In this document: positions 53,484-63,752 of the stretch, one piece after another
How positions within the stretch are numbered: the first letter of the stretch is position 1
Layout of the letters: every line of letters starts with the position of its first letter
Assembly (NCBI GenBank): GCA_963823255.1
Contig: CAWGKU010000002.1
Coordinates: forward strand, 52,907 to 116,906
DNA length: 64,000 bases
Direction of reading: 5' to 3'
From: an uncultured Actinomycetes bacterium
Lineage (GTDB): Bacteria > Actinomycetota > UBA4738 > HRBIN12
Translations under genes and position numbers: made by a program
Notes under the pieces: generated by a model
The model's database searches: none
Told to the model about the DNA's origin: nothing
Seen by the model: the letters and a program-made list of their open reading frames with translations, nothing else

Positions 53484-53956
53484 CCGGGTTCCTCGAGATC
53501 CGCGAGCTCGTGCTCGATCCGCCGGTGCTCGGTCTCGGTCACCTCGCCGGCGGTCCCGGGCGCGCGACGCCGGACGAACACCACCCACAGCGTGACACCC
53601 GCCAGTAGGCCGACGATCGGCACCGCCCACGGTAGGAGGTTCCACCCGTGCCGCCGTGGCGACAGCAGGATCCACTCACCGTAGCGATCGATGAAGAACG
53701 CGCGGATCTGGTCGGGGGTCCGGCCGGCGCGGAGCTGGGTCTCGATCTCGGAGCGCATCTCGCCCGCGAGCTTCGACGGGGAGTCGGCGACCGAGAGGTT
53801 CAGGCACACCGGACACCGCAACCCCGCGCCGATCTCGTGCACGCGTTCGTTGAGCGTCCGGGTCGGGTCCGAACCGCCCGACGCGAACAGAGTGGCGAGC
53901 CCGACGACCGCGATCGCCGCGGCGAGCACCACGAACGAGCGCGTCCGCCCGCTCAC
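53480..53956 (-). CDS. ccmH: Cytochrome c-type biogenesis protein CcmH/CycL
   Basis: LRCPVCLNLS motif (CxxC) and a C-terminal TM. Its GTG overlaps the ccmG stop. Confidence 0.7.
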   Translation of the reverse strand: MSGRTRSFVVLAAAIAVVGLATLFASGGSDPTRTLNERVHEIGAGLRCPVCLNLSVADSPSKLAGEMRSEIETQLRAGRTPDQIRAFFIDRYGEWILLSPRRHGWNLLPWAVPIVGLLAGVTLWVVFVRRRAPGTAGEVTETEHRRIEHELADLEEPG

Positions 53957-54558
53957 TCGACGTTCCCGGCCCGGAGCGCTCCCTCGATCTCGTCGGTGAG
54001 CCACTCGTAGGTGACGGCCCCGGTCGTCTTGGCCGCGATCGTCCCGTCCGGCGCGATCACGAAGGTCTCGGGGACCCCGAACACCCCGTACGCGATCGCC
54101 GTGCGCGAGCCGGGGTCGTCGGCGAGCGGCCAGTCACCCTTCAGCTCCTCGCGGAACGCCAACGCCGCCTCCTTCGTGTCCTCGAATGAGACGCCGAGGA
54201 CGACCACGCCCCGCTCCCGGTACCGGCCCCACGCGGCCGCGAGCGCGTCGTGCTCCTCGCGGCACGGCACGCACCACGACGCCCAGAAGTTCACGACGAC
54301 CACCTGACCGTGGAGGTCACCGAGATCGATCGTGTCACCAGCGTCGATCCTCGGCAGCGAGAACGTCGGCGCGGGCTGACCGATCAGCTCGCTCGGGAGC
54401 GCCCGCGGGTCGCGCCCGAGTCCGGATGCGAGTAGGAGCGCGAACAGCACCAGCGGCGCGAGGACGATCGCGACGGTCCGCCACCGCGGCCGCGAACGCA
54501 CGCCGCCTTCCGGCTCGGCAGGCCCGTCCTTCTCGTCCTCGTCGACACCGACGCTCAC
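53953..54558 (-). CDS. ccmG: Thiol:disulfide interchange protein CcmG/DsbE
   Basis: Thioredoxin-like motif VVVVNFWASWCVPCREE. Confidence 0.8.
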   Translation of the reverse strand: MSVGVDEDEKDGPAEPEGGVRSRPRWRTVAIVLAPLVLFALLLASGLGRDPRALPSELIGQPAPTFSLPRIDAGDTIDLGDLHGQVVVVNFWASWCVPCREEHDALAAAWGRYRERGVVVLGVSFEDTKEAALAFREELKGDWPLADDPGSRTAIAYGVFGVPETFVIAPDGTIAAKTTGAVTYEWLTDEIEGALRAGNVE

Positions 54559-56572
54559 ACCGTCACCTCCTCGCGACGCTCGGCGAGGGGTTCGGGCCCG
54601 CGGGGGCTCGCGGCACGCGGCCGGGACGGCCAGGCCGCCAGGATGCCGCCGAGCGCCATCACCGCGCCGCCGAACCACAGCAGCCCGATCCCCGGGTTCG
54701 CGAAGAACCGGAACGAGGCCCTCGTGCCGTTCTCCACCGTGACGAGGGACGCGTACAGGTCGAGCATGCCGTTGAAGGGCGTGCCGAACCGGATCGACGG
54801 CGTGCCGATCGGCTCGGAGGCCGCCGGGTACAGGTTCAGGGACGGCTGGAGCCGGACGATCTCCCGCCCGGTCTCGGGGTCGAGGACGGTGAGCTCGGCG
54901 ACCAGGACCCGCCGCTGGGGCTCCTCGCGGCTCGTGAGCCGGTCGAAGCGCAGGTCGTACCCCTGCACGTGCACGGTCTCGCCTTGGGCGATCGTCACCT
55001 CAGAGGAACGGTCCGAGAGCGCGGCCCAGGACACACCGACGACCGCGACGATCAGGCCGAGGTGCACGACGAGCCCGCCATAGAGCCGGCGGTTCCTCGA
55101 CACCGCCGCCCGGATCGCGGCGCCCACCGAGATCGCGTGCGCGCGACGTTGCGCCTGGACGCCGCGGACCATCTCGGCGACCGTCGCCGTGGCGACGAAC
55201 GCCGCCAGCGCCGAACACGATCACCGCCACCACCCCGGCCCCGGTCAGCGCCAGGATGGCCGCGGTCGCCGCGGCGGCCCACATCGGGACCTGCAGCCGG
55301 CGGAGGACGGCGGACGCTGAGGCCGCCCGCCAGGGCAGGAGCGGCCCGATCCCCATCAGGAACAGGAGCAGCAGTGCGACCGGCGCCGTGTTGCGGTTGA
55401 AGAACGGCGAGCCGACCGAGACCTTGCCGCCGGTGACGGCTTCGGCGAGCAGCGGGTAGATCGTGCCGATCAGCACCGTGAACGTGAGCACCAGCAACAG
55501 GACGTTGTTGCCGAGGAACACGCTCTCGCGCGACAACGGCGTGTCGAACGTCGCCTCGGCGCGGAGCGATTCGCGGCGCCACGGCGATCAACCCGAACCC
55601 CCCGAGCAGCACGAGGGTGAGGAACGCGAGGTACAGCGGCCCCACGATCGATTCGGCGAACGTGTGGACCGACGCCAGGATGCTTCCCCGCGTCAGGAAC
55701 GTCCCGAGGACGGTCAGCGCGAACGTCCCGACGATCAGGGACAGGTTCCAGACCTTCAGCATCCCGCGGCGCTCCTGCACCAATACCGAGTGCAGGAAGG
55801 CGGTCCCCAGCAGCCACGGCAGCAGCGCGACGTTCTCGACCGGGTCCCACGCCCAGTACCCGCCCCAGCCGAGGACGCTGTAGGACCACAGCGCGCCTAG
55901 CGTCAGGCCGATCGTGAGGAAGATCCAGGCCGAGATCGTCCACCGACGCGTGATCCGCATCCACGCGTCGCTCACCCGCCCCGTGATCAACGCGGCGATC
56001 GCGAACGCGAACGGCACCGTGAACCCGATGAACCCGAGGTACAGGAACGGCGGGTGCGCCGCCATCAACGGATGGTTCTGCAGCAGCGGGAGCGGACCGC
56101 GCCCGTCGGGCGGAGCGGTGGCGAGCGTCGCGAACGGCGTCGTGGGCCCCAGGACCAGGACCAGGTAGAACGCCGAGATGCCGAACATCACCGCGAGCGC
56201 CCACGGGAAGGTCTCGGGGCGGCGGCGGCGGAACCGGAAGGCGACGGCTGCCAGGTAGCCGCCGAGGACCAGGTTCCACAGCAGCAACGAGCCCTCGTCG
56301 GCGGACCAGAGCGCCAGCATCTTGAAGAACGTGGGGGTCGCGCGGCTGGAGTTCGATGCGACGTAGCGCAGGGAGAAGTCGTTCGCGAGCAGCGCTGCGA
56401 GCATCGCGAGGTTCGCGACGACGACGAGCGCGAACAGCGAGTACGCCGCCGTGCGCGCGCTCTCGACCACGCGCGGGCGGCCGGTCCGCGCGCCGACGAT
56501 CGCGGCCGTCGCCCCGTACACCGCGAGGGCGAGCGCCAGCGCGAGCGACAGCGTGCCGACCATCGCCGGCAT
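54555..56572 (-). CDS. ccmF: Cytochrome c-type biogenesis protein CcmF (heme lyase); two frameshifts (near 55530 and 55190)
   Basis: WWD motif WGGYWAWDPVEN. The protein is spread over ORFs 55052..56572, 55000..55536 and 54555..55172. Confidence 0.8.
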
Positions 56573-56979
56573 CAGGTGACCTCGTCGGGTGGCGGCGTCT
56601 CGCCGGGCGGCGGCGGGCGGTACTCCTCACCGTGCTTGACGAGCATGTTGTCCGAGTGGAACGCGCCGTCCGTCCCATAGGTGCCCTCGAGCACGACGCC
56701 GGTGCCGCTCTTGAACAGCGCGGGCGTCGAGCCCGTGTGGACCACGGTCATCCTGGTCGTGCCGTCGGTCACGACGAAGTCGACGCCGCCCGACACGTCG
56801 TGCAACGACCCCGGCACGACCTGGCCGCCGAGGCGGAGGCGCTCGTTCGGGGCGGGGTGCTGGTGCAGGAGCTCGGTCGGCGTGACGTAGTACACGAGGT
56901 TGCCGGACAGGGCCTGCGTCCCGACCCAGGCCAGGCTGCCGGTGATCAGCACGATCAGGACGACGACGCGGACGCGCAC
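56572..56979 (-). CDS. ccmE: Cytochrome c-type biogenesis heme chaperone CcmE
   Basis: N-terminal TM and the motif AFHSDNMLVKHGEEYRPP. Confidence 0.75.
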   Translation of the reverse strand: MRVRVVVLIVLITGSLAWVGTQALSGNLVYYVTPTELLHQHPAPNERLRLGGQVVPGSLHDVSGGVDFVVTDGTTRMTVVHTGSTPALFKSGTGVVLEGTYGTDGAFHSDNMLVKHGEEYRPPPPGETPPPDEVT

Positions 56980-57149
56980 GGACGCAAGCCTACGAGGGTG
57001 CCTCCGTTTCCGTCGAGGCACGGGAGCGGGGTCCGTGCGGCCCGGTGGCTCGAGCGTCAGCGTCAGGGTTCTGTCAACGAACGCCCTGGTCAGAGACGGA
57101 CAGAACCCTGACGGGGCGCCTCCGAGCGACGCCGCCACCGCTCGAGGGC

Positions 57150-58037
57150 TCAGAGCTCGAACGTCCCCCGCCCGACCACGTGGACGCCTCCCCCGACCCG
57201 GACGCGCCACGCACCGTCCTCCCGGTCGGTCTCGACGAACAGCTCGCTCGGCCGGCCCACCTGCGCGCCCTGGCGGATCAGCACCGAGCCCGGCATGCCG
57301 GCCACGTCGTGTTCGGCCAGGTAGGCGCCGAGCGCACCGGCCGCCGACCCCGTGGCCGGGTCCTCCCCGACGCCGAGTTCCGCATCGAACATCCGCGCGG
57401 TGACGCCCTCCTCGGTGACCGCGAACAGGTACAGATCCTCCCCGCCCGAGGCCGCGACCGCTTCGGCCACGCCCGCGGCGTTGCGGACGGCGCGCCGGAG
57501 GGTCTCGGCGTCGCGGAGCGGCACGATCGTCGGCGGGAGACCGGTCGACACCGTCCGCACGGGCAGACCGGGGTCGAGATCCTCCACCCCCAGACCGATC
57601 GCGCGAGCGATCAGCTCACGATCCTCGAACACCGGCCCGAACTCGGGTGGGAGCTGCGTCATCCACGCGGTGCCGGCCTCGAGATCCACCTCGACCGGGA
57701 TCTCGCCGGCGGCCACGACCTGTGTCGCGGGCGAGCTCACGCGCCCCTCGCTCACCAACACGAATGCGGTCCCGAGCGTCGGGTGCCCCGCGAACGGGAG
57801 CTCCGCCGCCGGCGTGAAGATCCGCATCGCGTACCGGTCACCGTCACTCTCGGTCACGAACGTCGTCTCCGAGAACCCGATCTCCTTCGCGAGCGCCTGC
57901 ATCGTCCCGTCGTCCAGGTCGACGGGCTCCGGGACGACGCAGAGCTGGTTCCCGGCCAGCGGTCGCGGCGCGAACACGTCGACGAGCCGGAAGGGGACCT
58001 TCACGCCGCGCACTGTAGCGGCTGCACGCGAGGTCAC
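57150..58037 (-). CDS. PhzF family isomerase (DapF-like fold)
   Basis: 295 aa with PhzF-like motifs FRLVDVFAPRPLAGNQLCVV and GHPTLGTAFVL. Confidence 0.75.
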   Translation of the reverse strand: MTSRAAATVRGVKVPFRLVDVFAPRPLAGNQLCVVPEPVDLDDGTMQALAKEIGFSETTFVTESDGDRYAMRIFTPAAELPFAGHPTLGTAFVLVSEGRVSSPATQVVAAGEIPVEVDLEAGTAWMTQLPPEFGPVFEDRELIARAIGLGVEDLDPGLPVRTVSTGLPPTIVPLRDAETLRRAVRNAAGVAEAVAASGGEDLYLFAVTEEGVTARMFDAELGVGEDPATGSAAGALGAYLAEHDVAGMPGSVLIRQGAQVGRPSELFVETDREDGAWRVRVGGGVHVVGRGTFEL

Positions 58038-58054
58038 GAGCCCTCGACGGGAGG

Positions 58055-58723
58055 TTGCTACCGTTGGTCATGACCGAACGGACCTTCCGCGACGGGGCTC
58101 GAGCCGTGGGGCCGCTCGCGGTGGCCGTGGCGGGGTTCGGCGTCTCGTTCGGCGTGATCGCGCGGGCGGTCGGGTTCGGGTGGCTCGCGCCGATCGTGAT
58201 GTCGGCGACGACGTTCGCGGGCTCGGCGCAGTTCGCGTCGGTCTCGGTGCTCCGCGACGGGGGGACGATCGCCGCGGCGGTGACGGCGGCGCTGCTCCTG
58301 AACGCGCGGTACGCGCCGATCGGGATCTCGGTGGCGCCCTACCTGACCGGGTCCCTGTGGTCGAGGCTCGTGCACGCGCAGCTCGTCGTCGACGAGTCAT
58401 GGGCGATCGCCGCCGAGGGCGAGGGCCGGTTCTCCCGGAGCATGCTGCTCGGCGCCGGGGTCGTCCTGTACGTGTCGTGGGTCGTCGGCACGGCGATCGG
58501 CGCGCTCGTCGGCTCGGGGATCGGCGACCCGGCCACGTTCGGGCTCGACGCGGCGTTCGCGGCGCTGTTCCTCGGGCTGCTGGTCCCGCTCGCGCGCGAC
58601 CGCCGTCACGTCGCCGCGGCGCTGCTCGGCGCGGCGATCGCGCTGGCGCTCACGCCGTTCGCGCCGGCCGGTGTGCCGATCATCGCGGCCGGCGCCGCCT
58701 GCCTCATCGGGCTGAAGCGATGA
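58055..58723 (+). CDS. azlC: AzlC family branched-chain amino acid exporter subunit
   Basis: Polytopic AzlC-like protein. Confidence 0.75.
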   Translation: MLPLVMTERTFRDGARAVGPLAVAVAGFGVSFGVIARAVGFGWLAPIVMSATTFAGSAQFASVSVLRDGGTIAAAVTAALLLNARYAPIGISVAPYLTGSLWSRLVHAQLVVDESWAIAAEGEGRFSRSMLLGAGVVLYVSWVVGTAIGALVGSGIGDPATFGLDAAFAALFLGLLVPLARDRRHVAAALLGAAIALALTPFAPAGVPIIAAGAACLIGLKR

Positions 58724-59028
58724 GCCAGACCTGGCTCGTCGTCACGCTGGTCGGTGCCGGCACGATCGCGATCAAGGCGATCGGTCCCGTGCTGCTCGGG
58801 GGCCGCCCGCTGCCCGAAGGTCTCTCGCGCGTGATCGAGCTCCTCGCGCCCGCGCTGCTCGGCGCGCTGGTCGCGGTGCAGACGTTCGGGAGCGGCCAGG
58901 CGCTCGCCGTCGACGAACGCGTGCTCGGCGTCGCGGTCGCCGCGATCGCGATCTGGCGGAAGGCGCCGCTGCTCCTCGTCGTGATCCTGGCGACGGTGAC
59001 GACGGCGCTCGCCCGGGCGCTCCTGTGA
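58720..59028 (+). CDS. azlD: AzlD family branched-chain amino acid transport protein
   Basis: 102-aa membrane protein. Its ATG overlaps the azlC stop. Confidence 0.7.
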   Translation: MSQTWLVVTLVGAGTIAIKAIGPVLLGGRPLPEGLSRVIELLAPALLGALVAVQTFGSGQALAVDERVLGVAVAAIAIWRKAPLLLVVILATVTTALARALL

Positions 59029-59050
59029 GCTTGCTAGGCTTGGCCGAACC

Positions 59051-59121
<71 letters not shown>

Positions 59122-59126
59122 CGCCT

Positions 59127-59339
59127 TCAGCCCCTCGGAGCCTTCGGTTCGCGCTCGAGCCGGAGCGCCAAGGCCGGGCAGGCGTTCAACGTCCGTCGGG
59201 CCATTGGGAGCAGCTCGGCGGGCACGGTCGCGTCGTCCAGGATCGGGTAGCCCCAGTCGTCGAGCCTGATCATCTCGGGGAGCAGTTCCGCGCAGATCCC
59301 GTGGCCGGTGCACGCGATCGGGTCGAGGCGCAGACGCAT
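59127..59339 (-). CDS. Small ferredoxin (single Fe-S cluster, Fer4_13-like)
   Basis: 70 aa with CTGHGICAELLPE...CP cysteine spacing. Confidence 0.6.
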   Translation of the reverse strand: MRLRLDPIACTGHGICAELLPEMIRLDDWGYPILDDATVPAELLPMARRTLNACPALALRLEREPKAPRG

Positions 59340-60560
59340 CTATGCCGCCTTCCCGGGTTCGGGCACAGGGAGGATGCGTGGCTCGCGTGACCCCGCGCAT
59401 CGGCGCCCATGCAGATGGGCGCGGACGTCGGCGCCGAACACCTCGAGGGCGCTCTGCAGGAACCGGACCGCCCCGTCCGGCAGACCGCACGCGCCTCGAC
59501 CGCGGACGTCGGCGGCCCAACGGTTCAACCGGCCGAACGTCGCGTCGCCACCGCGTCCTGTCACGACCTGTTCGGCAGCTCCGGCGATCGCCGCGAGGCC
59601 GTGCACGCAGGGGCCGCACTGGCCCGCCGTCTGTCCGGCGAGCCAACGCAGAACGTTGGCCGTCTCGGTCCAACCGCACGCGTCTTCGGGAACGACCGCG
59701 ATCACCCCCGCTCCGACGATGCCTCCGACCGCCGCGAGACCGCTCGGTTGCAGCGGAACGGTAGCGGCGGTCTCGGCCGCGAGCCAGGTCCCCGAGTAGC
59801 CGCCGACCAGGACGCCTCCCACTCCTCGTGGCGCGCCCCCGGCTCCGCGCATCACGTCGCCGATCTTCGCGCCGACCTCGATCTCGTACACGCCTGGATG
59901 CGCGACGCCACCCGACACCGTGACGAGCATCGAGCCAGGCATCTCATCGGGCCCGATCGATCGGAACCACGTCGGTCCGAAGGCATTGATCAGGGCGAGA
60001 TGTCCGAGCGTCTCGACGTTCTGGATCAAGGTGGGTCGACCCCGGACCCCGCGAACGAACGGCCGCGGGCCGGACGTCGGGATCGCCGGACCACCGTTCA
60101 GCAGGTGGACGAGGGAACGCTCCTCCCCCGCCACGTAGCCGGTCGGGATCGGCACGACGCGGACGCGCACGCCTCGCCGAGCGACCGCCGAACGCTCCCG
60201 CACGGCCGCCTCGATCGAGCGCCGGGCACGCGGCGCGACGGCGTCCACACCGACGATCACCTCATCGGCTCCGACGGCAGCGGCGGCGAGCTCCGCGCCG
60301 TCGAGCACGAGGTGCGGGCCCAACGTCATCAGGACCCTGTCCTTCTCGCTCGCCGGCTCCCCTTCGCTCCCGTTCACGACGACGAACGGGACGCCGCTTC
60401 CCACCGCCGACCGCGCGCATCTTGACGGCGGTCGGGAACGCCGCGCCGCCACGGCCCCGTAGACCAGCTGCGTCGATCGCGTCGATCAGTTCGGCGCGGG
60501 AGCGCTCGATGCGGCGTCGGAGGAGGCGGGAACGCGGCCCGGTGTTCGCGCAGGCTCATC
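59340..60560 (-). CDS. NuoF-like (complex I 51-kDa subunit family) NADH/FMN/Fe-S protein; two frameshifts near its 5' end
   Basis: VVVNGSEGEPASEKDR, GGYSGTWL and AGQCGPCVHG motifs lie in ORF 59340..60452. The SLREHRAAF and AGLRGRGGAAFPTAVKMRAV segments are found in the two other frames between 60400 and 60560. Confidence 0.65.
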
Positions 60561-60630
60561 GGGACGGCCCGGTCGAGATGCGGACTCAACCGTGCGACGT
60601 TGGCGCTCGGATCCCGTGTCGCGGAGCCGC

Positions 60631-61729
60631 TCACTGCGCGACCTCGCTGCTCGAGACGGCGCCGATGAGGAGCCGGCCCTGCACCTGCCCGGAGGCCGAG
60701 ATCGACATCTGGACCGCGATGTCGATCACGTCGCCGTAGCCGTCCGAGAGTCGCGCCCGGAGCGTGCCTTCGTCCAGCCCCGTGACCTCGCCCCGGTAGG
60801 TGGCGGCTCCCTGCGGCGGGATCAGCCGGATGGTGCCCGAGCGTACCGAGAAGCCCTCGGTCTCCTGTTCCCCGTCGAGCAGGATGCTGAGCGAGAGCGG
60901 GATCTGGTCCGGTGGTCTGCACCGACGTGGACAGCGTCGCGGCTTCGCCCGTCGAGGCGCGGTCGAGGTTCGCCGAGCCGGAGAAGTCTGCTTGCTGAGG
61001 AAGGACGATCGCGGCGACGGATGGTGCGGACGCGGTCGCGGCGGCGGCGGCCAGCAGATCGGTCGGCGTGCCGGCACGCACCGCCCACCCTCCTCGCAGC
61101 GGACCGGTCACCATCCACACGGCGAGCGCCGGCGGCATCAGGACGGCGCCCACGACGAGCAGGACGCGTGCGGGCTCCCACCCATCCCACCCGCGAGCGA
61201 TCCGCCACACGGCCGCGGCCAGCACGGCGCCGACCGAGACGCCGACCAACCCCAACATCCAGGGTGTACTCGTGTCGCTACCGACACCGGCACCGTGGAG
61301 GACCGCGACCACCCAGGTTCCATAGGTCGTCCAGTGGATCGCCCGCCAGATCGGGTAGCCGAGCCGAGCTCGGAGCAGGCTCGTGATGGCGATCGCCAGG
61401 AGGAGATCGAACGCCAACGCTCCGAACCCCAGCCAGATCGGACGGTACGCCGAGCCGAAGGGCACGACGGCGTCGACCCATCGGATCGGCGCGAACCCGT
61501 CGATCACGACCGTCGCGATATGGATCGCGATGAACACCAGGACGAGGAGCGAGAGATCGCGATGGACGCGCTGGACCACGAACCGAGGGGTGCGCTCGGG
61601 AGACCAACGGGCGACGTTCGCGACACCCAGCACGACGATCGCCGTCAACAGCAGGAGCGAAACCGCTCCGCTTCCCCGCGTCAGGTACCAGAGCGCTCGT
61701 GACTCGATCGAGGCGGCCAACAGGCTCAC
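60631..61729 (-). CDS. Ferric-reductase-like transmembrane domain protein (MsrQ/YedZ-like b-heme membrane module) with C-terminal extracytoplasmic domain; one frameshift near 60900
   Basis: Six TM helices with conserved His residues (HRDLSLLVLVFIAIHIA, AIHWTTYGTWVVAVLHG). Its GTG at 61729 overlaps the apbE stop (GTGA). The C-terminal domain continues in ORF 60631..61077. Confidence 0.55.
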
Positions 61730-62643
61730 GCCGCCACCGCGTCTGGCCAGCCGCACAGGCGAACGATCCGGCCGTCGGCGCGCACGAGCCGGGCCGGGAG
61801 CCCCAGCGCTCGGATCCATCCGACGGCGCGCTCCCCGAGCACGATCGCCGCGGTCGTCGCCGTGTTCGCATCGACGCACCGAGCCGCCGTCACGGAGACG
61901 GTCCGCCAGACCTCCGCCGCGGGCCGGCCGGTCATCGGGTCGACGACGTGGTGCACCGGCATGCCGCCCCGCGTCCAGCGCCGAACCGTGGTGCTCGACG
62001 TGGCGAGCCCGCCGCTCGAGATGCCCACGACCTCGCCGTTGCCGATCGCATCGCCGTGATCGTCCGCGATCGACACCGTCCACCCTCCCGCCGGGGCGTC
62101 TCCGAACGCCGCCAGATCGCCCCCGAGAGAGACGAGGACGCCGCCGCCGGTCACCGCGACCGCCCTCGCAGCTGCGTGGTCGGCCGCCAACGCCTTCGCC
62201 GTCGCACCGAGATCGAGCAGGACGCCTGCCGGTAGCCGGATCGCGCACCGCTCCGGATCCGTCTCGACGACCCGCCACCCCGGGGCTGGGCGAGAGCTGA
62301 TCCGCGGGCCGGTCGGTGCGATCCGCGCGAAGTCCCGGTCGTAGCCCATCCGTCGCACGGCGTCGCCCACCGTCGGGTCGACGGCACCGTCCGTCGCTCG
62401 CGCGGCACCGAGGGCCACCTCGACGGCTTCGAAGAGTGCCGGGCTCACCGTCGTCCACCGGTCCGGCGAGCCGTGGAGCCGAGCGAGGTCGGAGTCAGTG
62501 CGGAAGCGACTGCACGCCCGGTCGATCTGGTCGATCTCGTCGCGAACGACAGTCACCGCTTCGACCAGTCGCCCGACATCCGAGGCGATCACGGTCGCGG
62601 TCGTCCCGAGCGCAGGGAACGTCGTAACGCCCGGCGATGCCAT
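61726..62643 (-). CDS. apbE: ApbE family FAD:protein FMN transferase
   Basis: 305 aa with VLLDLGATAKALAAD and VVGISSGGLATSSTT motifs. Confidence 0.8.
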   Translation of the reverse strand: MASPGVTTFPALGTTATVIASDVGRLVEAVTVVRDEIDQIDRACSRFRTDSDLARLHGSPDRWTTVSPALFEAVEVALGAARATDGAVDPTVGDAVRRMGYDRDFARIAPTGPRISSRPAPGWRVVETDPERCAIRLPAGVLLDLGATAKALAADHAAARAVAVTGGGVLVSLGGDLAAFGDAPAGGWTVSIADDHGDAIGNGEVVGISSGGLATSSTTVRRWTRGGMPVHHVVDPMTGRPAAEVWRTVSVTAARCVDANTATTAAIVLGERAVGWIRALGLPARLVRADGRIVRLCGWPDAVAA

Positions 62644-62993
62644 CAGGATCCCCCTGATCCCACCTGTCCCGAGCCGACACCCGGAACGGGGACCTGAGGC
62701 GGCGGGGCCGGCAGGCCGCCCGTACCGTCGTTGGGAGGCGGCAGCGCGACGAGCGGAGCCGGAGATGACGGCGAACCATGGCTCGCGTGATCCGCGCTCT
62801 TGTTGCGCTGTGCCCCCGGGAGCGCGGCGGCCGCGATCGCCGAGAAGGCTCCGGTCAGTGCGACCGAGGCTGCGACGGCTACCCGCGTGACGAAGGAAGC
62901 GGACCTCAGCCCGCGGCTGCGGGCGAGACGATCGCGCGACCGCTCACGCTCGCCACGAGCGCGGGCGCGGCCGGGAAGCGATGGCTGTGGCAA
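62643..62993 (-). CDS. Small hypothetical secreted/membrane protein, Pro-rich C-terminus
   Basis: Hydrophobic segment VAVAASVALTGAFSAIAAAAL. May be a shadow ORF. Confidence 0.3.
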   Translation of the reverse strand: MPQPSLPGRARARGERERSRDRLARSRGLRSASFVTRVAVAASVALTGAFSAIAAAALPGAQRNKSADHASHGSPSSPAPLVALPPPNDGTGGLPAPPPQVPVPGVGSGQVGSGGS

Positions 62994-63131
62994 TGAGCCC
63001 CTCAGCTTCGGCTCGAGCGGATGAAGCTTCCGGTACGGTTCGCATTCGGTGCCGAACCCGAGAAGGTTCTCCGCACCGGCCGAGACAGGGTCTGGCTCTC
63101 GCTCGGATCCCGGCTCGTAGCCGGGTGAAGC

Positions 63132-63671
63132 CTACCCGGACTTCTGGCCCGTGCGGAGGTCCATCCAGCTCGTCTCGATCGCGGCGTAGCGGGCCCACGC
63201 CGCGGCCCATCCGTCGTCGTTGCGAGGGAAGGTCTCGACCGGCTGCTGCGGCGTGTTCCGGTCCCAGATCCCGAAATGATCCGGCGCGTACCCGAGCAGA
63301 TAGCGCGAACCCGTGTGCGTGAACTCGATCTTCGCCTCCGGAGCGGGTGCTGCGGCCGCCGGTGCCGCCTCGGCGGCCGGTTGCGCGGTCGCGGGCTCGG
63401 GAGCTGCCGCGGCCGGTGCCTGCGCCGGGGCGGGTTCGACCTCCGGCTGGACGGCCGGGACCGGCGCCATCATCGTGGCCTGCGGCGGCGCCACAGCCTT
63501 CTTCTCCTCGACCTTGGGCTCGACCTTCGGCTCCTCGGCCTTGGACGCCTCGGCCATCGTGGGCGGCGTCACCGCCGCGGCGGGGACCTCGTCGACGAGC
63601 CACGATCCGCACCAGCGGCACTTGATCGCCGCGTCCTTGATCTCCTCGGCGCAGTACGGACAGGTCTTCAT
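63132..63671 (-). CDS. Zinc-ribbon domain protein with Ala/Pro-rich linker
   Basis: N-terminal CPYCAEEIKDAAIKCRWCG, an AP-rich spacer, and a conserved-looking C-terminal domain. Confidence 0.6.
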   Translation of the reverse strand: MKTCPYCAEEIKDAAIKCRWCGSWLVDEVPAAAVTPPTMAEASKAEEPKVEPKVEEKKAVAPPQATMMAPVPAVQPEVEPAPAQAPAAAAPEPATAQPAAEAAPAAAAPAPEAKIEFTHTGSRYLLGYAPDHFGIWDRNTPQQPVETFPRNDDGWAAAWARYAAIETSWMDLRTGQKSG

Positions 63672-63752
63672 CGGCGTGCTCCTTCCGTGTTCCGCGTAGC
63701 CGGCGACAGGCTCGAAAGCGTACTCCGGGACCCCGACCGGTGGAAACCGGGC

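Noticed and set aside
60631-61077. FMN-binding (flavinylated) domain at the C-terminus of the ferric-reductase-like protein
   Set aside because: No D-x-x-[ST]-G-A-[ST] flavinylation motif is present. The nearest matches (STGEAAT, SASGQ) do not fit. The domain is left uncharacterised.
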